This document shows positions 57,760 through 63,502 of a stretch of DNA of 63,502 bases, one piece after another. The position numbers were made by a program, and so were the translations under genes. The notes below the pieces were generated by a model that was not told the DNA's origin, searched no databases, and saw only the letters and a list, made by a program, of their open reading frames with translations. Each line of letters opens with the position of its first letter. The first letter of the stretch is position 1. The stretch comes from an uncultured Treponemataceae bacterium (GTDB lineage: Bacteria; Spirochaetota; Spirochaetia; Treponematales; UBA12059): contig CAZVTR010000006.1 of NCBI GenBank assembly GCA_964630305.1, forward strand, positions 1-63,502, read 5' to 3'.

Positions 57760-58626
57760 ATGAAAACAACACGTGAAATAAAAGAACAGACCAGTGCCGA
57801 TGCCAATGTGCTTTCTATATACTTAAAAGAAATTAATCGAATCCCGCTCATGACCCGCGAAGAGGAAGATCACTATGCGCGGCTTGCTGCTCAGGGAGAT
57901 AAGCTTGCAAAAGAAAAGCTCGTTAAAGCAAACTTGCGGTTTGTTGTAAATGTTGCCAAGAAATACCAGAATCAGGGTTTGCCGCTTGCTGACCTCATAT
58001 CAGAAGGCAATATCGGACTTTTGCATGCAATTGAGCGCTTTGATGTGAGCAAAGGGTACCACTTTATTTCCTATGCAGTGTGGTGGATTCGTCAGGCAAT
58101 TCTCAAGGCAATCTGCGAAAAGAGCCGGCCCATTCGTCTTCCGCTGAACCGGGCTAATGAGCTTGTGCAGATTGAAAAAGCGAAAAAAATTATAAACGAG
58201 AGCATGTCCGAAGATGATGAAGAACAAGAGATAGCGCGTATGCTCAACATGGAACCGGAACATGTCCGTGATTTAGTCGCAGTCAGCAGAGATTTTGTAT
58301 CGCTCGACGCACCCATTTATGATGACAAAGAATCCGGAACACTCGTCGATACGGTGAATAGTTCTGCATATAAGGGACCAGAGGATACCGTTATCGAACT
58401 TGCACTCCGCGACGATATCAATCGTGTTTTGGGAACACTTACAGAAAAAGAGCGCAAAATTATCGAAATGCGCTTTGGGCTAAATAACCATAAGCCGCTC
58501 AGCCTTAAAGAAATTGGCGAAGAGTTTAATCTGACAAAAGAACGCATCAGGCAGATTGAAAAAGCTGTTATAAAACGGCTTTCTGATTCGTATGATGCTT
58601 CGATGCTGGAAAGCTATGTTGCATAA
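57760..58626 (+). CDS. Short sigma-70-family RNA polymerase sigma factor lacking region 1.1 (RpoS-like/alternative)
   Basis: Region 1.2 'SIYLKEINRIPLMT', 'ANLRFVVNVAKKY', 'DLISEGNIGL', 'FISYAVWWIRQAI', region 4 'LKEIGEEFNLTKERIRQIE'; ATG 57760 follows GGAGG. Confidence 0.88.
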   Translation: MKTTREIKEQTSADANVLSIYLKEINRIPLMTREEEDHYARLAAQGDKLAKEKLVKANLRFVVNVAKKYQNQGLPLADLISEGNIGLLHAIERFDVSKGYHFISYAVWWIRQAILKAICEKSRPIRLPLNRANELVQIEKAKKIINESMSEDDEEQEIARMLNMEPEHVRDLVAVSRDFVSLDAPIYDDKESGTLVDTVNSSAYKGPEDTVIELALRDDINRVLGTLTEKERKIIEMRFGLNNHKPLSLKEIGEEFNLTKERIRQIEKAVIKRLSDSYDASMLESYVA

Positions 58627-58671
58627 GGTATGATAGCGGTAGAATCGGAATACAACTGATGTGAAAATTGA

Positions 58672-58701
58672 GGGTACACTGCTGACGTGTGCCCTTTTTT
58701 T
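58672..58701 (+). terminator. Intrinsic terminator after the sigma factor gene
   Basis: GGGTACAC / GTGTGCCC stem followed by T7. Confidence 0.75.
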
Positions 58702-58748
58702 ATGTGCGGATGGTAGGGTGCGCCTCAGAATACGGTTCTGCAACACTG

Positions 58749-59030
58749 CTAGTACAATTCAATGGTAAATGATGCATAGGTTCCTGAGAAGGGCTTTTCG
58801 GTAACGTCGACGGATGTTACATGCGCGCCTGGTGGTCCCTGATGCAGCCACTGGATGTAGCGGTTGACTGCAGATACCGGACCTTCGGCATAGGTTTCTA
58901 CACCTCCGTCAGGAAGGTTGCTTATCCAACCGGTGAGTCCCAGTGATTTAGCAAAATTGCGAGCTTCATAGCGAAATCCGACTCCCTGGACTCGTCCGCG
59001 TATTATTGCTAGAATTGCTTTGTTTTCCAT
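58749..59030 (-). CDS. acyP: Acylphosphatase
   Basis: 'GRVQGVGFR', 'GWISNLPDGGVE', 'WLHQGPP'. Confidence 0.93.
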   Translation of the reverse strand: MENKAILAIIRGRVQGVGFRYEARNFAKSLGLTGWISNLPDGGVETYAEGPVSAVNRYIQWLHQGPPGAHVTSVDVTEKPFSGTYASFTIELY

Positions 59031-59097
59031 AATAGAGTTATCCTGTATTAGTTGTTGTATCTACTGTTGTAAAAACAGCCTGATTTAAATGACAATG

Positions 59098-59126
59098 TTG
59101 ACTAAATTCCTTATAAATTCTATACT
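59098..59126 (+). promoter_or_regulatory. Sigma-70 promoter of the rpmH operon
   Basis: TTGACT (59098-59103), 17 nt, TATACT (59121-59126). Confidence 0.75.
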
Positions 59127-59178
59127 TGCGTCTCTATAAGTCAAGGAAAATCTTTTTTTTATATAGTAGAGGTATCAG

Positions 59179-59334
59179 ATGAAAAGAACCTATCAGCCAA
59201 GCCGAACGCGGAGAGTGCGTAAATTTGGATTCCGTGCCAGAATGGCAACCAAAGGTGGAAGACTGGTATTAAAACGGAGAAGAGCAAAAGGAAGAATCCG
59301 TCTTACCATTTCTGATGAAAAGAAAAAGTATTAA
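59179..59334 (+). CDS. rpmH: 50S ribosomal protein L34 (not in the ORF track; 51 aa)
   Basis: Translated by hand: [51 protein letters not shown]; RBS GAGG. Confidence 0.97.
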   Translation: MKRTYQPSRTRRVRKFGFRARMATKGGRLVLKRRRAKGRIRLTISDEKKKY

Positions 59335-59346
59335 GCCATAACTAAT

Positions 59347-59697
59347 GTGGTATGTCTGAAGTTTTCCAAAGATGAACGCTTAACGCGTTCTAAGGATATT
59401 CAGCGTGTTTACAGGGAAGGGAAGCGGTATCAAACACAGGGGATGGCAATGCAAGTATGCTATAACTCCCTTGAGAGAACCAGGGTCGTGTTTTCAGCCA
59501 GTAAGAAAGTAGGTACTGCTGTTCGTCGTAATCGGGCAAGGCGTATTTGTTCTGAAATTTGGAGAACAGTATACAAACCCTGGATTACTAAATGGGTTGA
59601 TATCATCTTTATAATACAGCCCTGCCAGGAAGAAACGTTTGAAGAACGAAAAAAGCAGATGCAGATTCTTCTCAAAAAAGCAGGATTGGCACTGTAG
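59347..59697 (+). CDS. rnpA: Ribonuclease P protein component
   Basis: 'FSKDERL', '[15 protein letters not shown]' (RNR motif); synteny. Confidence 0.9.
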   Translation: MVCLKFSKDERLTRSKDIQRVYREGKRYQTQGMAMQVCYNSLERTRVVFSASKKVGTAVRRNRARRICSEIWRTVYKPWITKWVDIIFIIQPCQEETFEERKKQMQILLKKAGLAL

Positions 59698-59698
59698 T

Positions 59699-59920
59699 AT
59701 GAGAAGTGTAATGATTGCAATTATTGCATTTCCGATAAAGCTATATAGAAAATTTATTTCTCCCCTGTTTCCCCCTTCATGCCGATTTTATCCAACCTGT
59801 TCAACCTATGCACTTCAGGCGCTCGATAAGTATGGCCCACTTAAGGGACTATACTTATCGATAAAACGAATTAGCAAATGTCATCCATTCCATCCGGGAG
59901 GTTATGATCCACTGCCATGA
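59699..59920 (+). CDS. yidD: Membrane protein insertion efficiency factor YidD
   Basis: 'YRKFISPL', '[10 protein letters not shown]', '[17 protein letters not shown]'; ATG 59699. Confidence 0.93.
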   Translation: MRSVMIAIIAFPIKLYRKFISPLFPPSCRFYPTCSTYALQALDKYGPLKGLYLSIKRISKCHPFHPGGYDPLP

Positions 59921-61719
59921 ATACATTTGAAAATGATGATGCAGGATCATCAAAAAGAACCCTGTTAGCTGTAGTCCTTTCCGTGCTGTTTGTCTTTGCA
60001 GTAAGTATTGTACAAACGTTATTTTTTTCACCGCCAGTTCAGGCGCCTCAAAATCAGCAGCCAACAGTCCAGACTCCTCTTCAGGAACAGCAAGCTGTTG
60101 CAGCAGGTACTGAGACTGTACAGCCGCAGCTACCTGTTGAAGATGAATACCAGAAGCTTGTTCCTGAAACAGTTACAGTCGAGACCGATTTTATCAAAGC
60201 TGTTTTTACGAATGAAGGTGGTTCAATAGTTTCTTTGCAGTTAAAGAAACATCTCACGGACGGAAAGCCGGTTGAAATGCTCGTACCGGCAGAAGGACCT
60301 TCTGGATTTGGCGTGATTATTCCTTCGAGCCAAGGAAAGGAAACGCCGCAGCCGCAGCGTGATCTCATGAAATATGAGCGTATTAGTGATACAGTAATTG
60401 AGTTTTCACGTGTGTACTATGCAAAGAATCAGCAGGGTGCGGTTACTTCCTACACACTCAAAAAACGATATGAATTTGTTCCCGATGAATACATTATTAA
60501 GCTTTCGATAATTCATGAAAACACTGTTCCACAGCCTCTTGCTATTGGAAATGGTGAAAGCGCTTATGCTTTATATTTTGGTCCGCAAATTGGACCGGAT
60601 TTTACTGAATTAACTAACTATTCGGATTTTAGACGTATCGTAGTGCTGGAAGGCACTAAGCGAAAGGTTTTGAATACTAAAAACGGCACTATTACACAAA
60701 ATACTCGTTTTACCTGGGCGGGTATTGCAGGGAAATATTTTTCACTCATAGTAATTCCTGACGCTACGCAGTACAGCCTGCGAGCAACCAATATTCAGAA
60801 AAAAGGCGTAAAAGCAGTAACGTCAATGTCGTTTGTCCGTCCGCCTATTACAGCAAGTGCCCAAACCGATACGTTTTACATCTATATTGGACCAAAAAAT
60901 TATAAAGAACTCGCCCGGTATGACGATCCGGCTAAGAATTACTATAAGCACTCTGCAGATAGTCTAACTAAAATCATGGAAGGCAATAATGCTCTCGGTT
61001 GGCTTGAAAGTGCGCTTAAATGGCTCTTAAACCTGTTTTACAGCATTATTCCAAACTACGGTATCGCTATCATTCTGCTGACTATTTTAGTGCGGGTAAT
61101 ACTGGTACCGCTCACGATTAAGAGCAGTAAGAGCACTGCGAAAATGCAGGAAATTCAGCCCAAAATTCAGGAATTGCAGAATAAGTATAAAAACAATCCC
61201 CAGAAATTGAATATTGAACTTGCTGAACTTTATAAAAAGGAAGGGGCAAACCCGCTTTCCGGATGTCTCCCGGTGCTATTGCAATTCCCTATCTTTATTG
61301 CGATGTACAGCTTGTTTAGCAATCATTTTGATTTGCGGGGTGCAAGTTTTATCCCTGGCTGGATTACCGATCTTTCACTGCCAGAGGCAATTGTTAGCTT
61401 TAATACAATTGATTTGTTTATCTGGAAAATAAGCGCTATACGAGCACTGCCAATAATTTACCTTTTAAGCCAGCTCTGGTATGGAAAATTCATGCAGCAG
61501 CCAACGTCTGCAGGGCAAAATCAAAGCCAAATGAATTTTATGCTCTATGGTTTGCCGATAATTTTCTTTTTTGTGCTGTATGATGCTCCATCCGGATTGT
61601 TAGTGTACTGGATTGTTGCGAATATCCTTACGGTTATTCAGCAGTATTTAATAAACAGGTTTATTCATAAGAAAAATGCTGGAAAACCGGCAAAACCGGC
61701 AATTGCCAAAGTTAAATGA
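59917..61719 (+). CDS. yidC: Membrane protein insertase YidC
   Basis: Large periplasmic domain, '[14 protein letters not shown]', '[10 protein letters not shown]', 'NPLSGCLP', 'GLLVYW'. Confidence 0.94.
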   Translation: MNTFENDDAGSSKRTLLAVVLSVLFVFAVSIVQTLFFSPPVQAPQNQQPTVQTPLQEQQAVAAGTETVQPQLPVEDEYQKLVPETVTVETDFIKAVFTNEGGSIVSLQLKKHLTDGKPVEMLVPAEGPSGFGVIIPSSQGKETPQPQRDLMKYERISDTVIEFSRVYYAKNQQGAVTSYTLKKRYEFVPDEYIIKLSIIHENTVPQPLAIGNGESAYALYFGPQIGPDFTELTNYSDFRRIVVLEGTKRKVLNTKNGTITQNTRFTWAGIAGKYFSLIVIPDATQYSLRATNIQKKGVKAVTSMSFVRPPITASAQTDTFYIYIGPKNYKELARYDDPAKNYYKHSADSLTKIMEGNNALGWLESALKWLLNLFYSIIPNYGIAIILLTILVRVILVPLTIKSSKSTAKMQEIQPKIQELQNKYKNNPQKLNIELAELYKKEGANPLSGCLPVLLQFPIFIAMYSLFSNHFDLRGASFIPGWITDLSLPEAIVSFNTIDLFIWKISAIRALPIIYLLSQLWYGKFMQQPTSAGQNQSQMNFMLYGLPIIFFFVLYDAPSGLLVYWIVANILTVIQQYLINRFIHKKNAGKPAKPAIAKVK

Positions 61720-61747
61720 TTATTATGTTTTAAGGAGAATATAGAGT

Positions 61748-62404
61748 ATGGTTCACGAGTTTGAAGGCAAAACAGAAGAAGAAGCCATAGAAAATGCAGT
61801 TGCTGCATTGGGAGTAGAACGGGACAAGTTCGATGTAGAAATTTTAGAGACCACAAAAGGCTCATTTTTAAAAAAAGCAAAAACGCGGATCCGTGTTTAT
61901 CTACATGACAATGAGAAAAAGGAAACTGCTGCGAGCAAGCTGCTCCCTGAACATGAGGAAAAAATCATTGAGTTTGTGCAGAAACTCATTGAGCACATGG
62001 GATATACCTGCAAAGCATCTATTTTGTTCAGAGAAGAAAAAAAGCTTGGCGTACGTCTTGAAAGTCCTAATGTTTCAATTATTATTGGAAAAAAAGGGAA
62101 AAATCTCGATGCGATTCAAAGCCTGCTCAATGTGTATGCAAGTAAAATAGGACTTGCAAATTACAAAATTGTTGTTGATTCAGAAAACTATCGGCTCCGG
62201 CGCGAAGAATCGCTCGTTAAAATGGCTTATGAATTGGCTGAAAAAGTACGAAAAACCAGAACCAGCATTTTGCTCGAACCAATGAACCCTTTTGAACGCC
62301 GCATCATTCATACTACATTGAACAATATCGTAGATATTGAGACAAAGAGTGAAGGTGAAGGTCTCTACAAGCAGGTGCGGATTATGTTTAGAGGTAAAAT
62401 ATAA
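61748..62404 (+). CDS. jag: Jag/EloR (KhpB) RNA-binding protein
   Basis: Jag_N 'FEGKTEEEAI', KH 'IIGKKGKNLDAIQ', R3H 'MNPFERRIIH'. Confidence 0.92.
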   Translation: MVHEFEGKTEEEAIENAVAALGVERDKFDVEILETTKGSFLKKAKTRIRVYLHDNEKKETAASKLLPEHEEKIIEFVQKLIEHMGYTCKASILFREEKKLGVRLESPNVSIIIGKKGKNLDAIQSLLNVYASKIGLANYKIVVDSENYRLRREESLVKMAYELAEKVRKTRTSILLEPMNPFERRIIHTTLNNIVDIETKSEGEGLYKQVRIMFRGKI

Positions 62405-62454
62405 AAAAGTAGTTGTATAGAACTTTTACTTTAAATGCACTATACTAATGTACT

Positions 62455-63498
62455 ATGAAATATTTGTTATTTGCATTAGTAAGCGGTTTTGCAAGTTTGC
62501 TCTTGCAGCCGCTTATAATAATAATATCTAAAAAAAATAATTGGTTTGATAAACCAGATGAACGAAAAATACACACAGCTCAAATCTCCCGGCTTGGGGG
62601 TATTGGTATATTTGTTTCATTTGTTATCAGCTTTAGTGCAGCGCTCATATCTTCGCAGGAACTATTTAATGAATTTTCACGCCACTTCCCTGTATTGATT
62701 GGCATGGCCGTTATATTTGCGATAGGGCTGCTGGATGATTTTTTTAATGTCCGTGCGCTTGTTCGTTTTATTATTCAAGTAGCAGTTGCCTTAGGGTTAT
62801 CGGTGTGGGGATATCGGTTTACTAGCTTATGGCTTCCGGGAATGGGATCAATTATGCTCGGCTGGTTTTCCTATCCGCTCACTATATTATGGATAGTAGG
62901 AGTTATTAACGCAATCAACATGATTGACGGCATGGATGGCCTATGCGGCGGAATCAGCCTCATAGCGCTGTTTAGCTTTGGGCTTATTCTGATAGATAGA
63001 AATCAGAGTTTTGGTGCTTCAACTGCGATTATCCTGGCAGGCGCAATCGTAGGATATTTATTTTATAACTTTCCGCCCGCAAAAATTTTCATGGGCGATT
63101 CAGGAAGCAATTTGCTAGGGTTTACGCTTGCTATATTGCCGCTCATGGAAACACAGAGCATATCCAAAGGTACGATGATATGGATAGCCCCTACAGTGCT
63201 GTTACTGCCAATATTCGATGTGTTTGCTGCAATGCTCAGGCGAATGAGGCAGGGAAAATCAATCATGACTCCTGATAAGTGGCATATTCACCATAAACTT
63301 CTGCATTTGGGTTTTTCTACGCGATCAATCTTAGCAATGATTTATTCAACCTGTATGGTTCTTGGCGCGGTTGCAGTCTTAGAATTATATCTTAGTCCAT
63401 TGGTGCATTGGCTCGCTCTTATAGCATCGTGGGGCTTGCTGCTAGTGCTTTTTATTATTTTACACTATTTAAAAGAAAAATCGGTTGTAAGTTCATAA
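62455..63498 (+). CDS. WecA/TagO/MraY family (GT4) undecaprenyl-phosphate GlcNAc-1-phosphate transferase
   Basis: 'DKPDERKIH', 'RLGGIGI', 'GLLDDF', 'NAINMIDGMDGL', 'FMGDSGS', 'DKWHIHH'. Confidence 0.9.
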   Translation: MKYLLFALVSGFASLLLQPLIIIISKKNNWFDKPDERKIHTAQISRLGGIGIFVSFVISFSAALISSQELFNEFSRHFPVLIGMAVIFAIGLLDDFFNVRALVRFIIQVAVALGLSVWGYRFTSLWLPGMGSIMLGWFSYPLTILWIVGVINAINMIDGMDGLCGGISLIALFSFGLILIDRNQSFGASTAIILAGAIVGYLFYNFPPAKIFMGDSGSNLLGFTLAILPLMETQSISKGTMIWIAPTVLLLPIFDVFAAMLRRMRQGKSIMTPDKWHIHHKLLHLGFSTRSILAMIYSTCMVLGAVAVLELYLSPLVHWLALIASWGLLLVLFIILHYLKEKSVVSS

Positions 63499-63502
63499 TT
63501 TG

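Noticed and set aside
493-63266. Numerous short ORFs in the six-frame track that overlap the called genes, mostly antisense or frame-shifted (e.g. 7164-7670, 10629-11165, 47125-47613, 50784-51293, 55875-56426)
   Set aside because: They are shadows of well-supported genes, with no recognisable motifs or RBS.
1-63502. CRISPR arrays, tRNA/rRNA genes, transposases, integrases, selenocysteine read-through
   Set aside because: No spaced direct repeats, cloverleaf motifs, rRNA signatures or recombinase ORFs were seen, and all large ORFs are uninterrupted.

Overview
63.5 kb of an anaerobic bacterium's chromosome. It is probably a spirochaete (Treponema/Rectinema-like); this is inferred from protein style and gene neighbourhoods, not from a marker gene. 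Left third: a tightly coupled 13-gene minus-strand operon (25497->3882, about 21.6 kb) for purine catabolism. It encodes adenine deaminase, an NAD-type xanthine dehydrogenase XdhAB, an allantoinase-like amidohydrolase, YgfK, SsnA, YgeY, two uncharacterised fold-type II PLP enzymes, an 8-oxoguanine-deaminase-family enzyme, YgfM, XdhD and YgeW. This looks like the reductive urate (2,8-dioxopurine) pathway, but canonical YgeX/DpaL and HyuA are absent and appear to be replaced by non-orthologous enzymes, which is the best candidate for an undescribed variant. Middle: a DUF2974 lipase, an AT-rich diguanylate cyclase, a LacI-regulated sugar ABC/amylosucrase/fructokinase locus, a GH13 amylase, CapA, a cyclophilin, a divergent sensor kinase / REC-PP2C pair, proC, and an AT-rich islet. 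The islet holds a Phd-RelE toxin-antitoxin pair, an attC-like site and a lipoprotein. Right: a glpK operon, thyX, a dipeptidase, a PHP protein, fabD-fabG, glgX, a short sigma-70-family factor preceded by a perfect sigma-54 promoter (resembling the Borrelia RpoN-RpoS cascade), acyP, rpmH-rnpA-yidD-yidC-jag and a WecA/TagO-like transferase. I found no rRNA, tRNA, CRISPR array, transposase or integrase. All calls come from motif recognition by eye; no searches were run.
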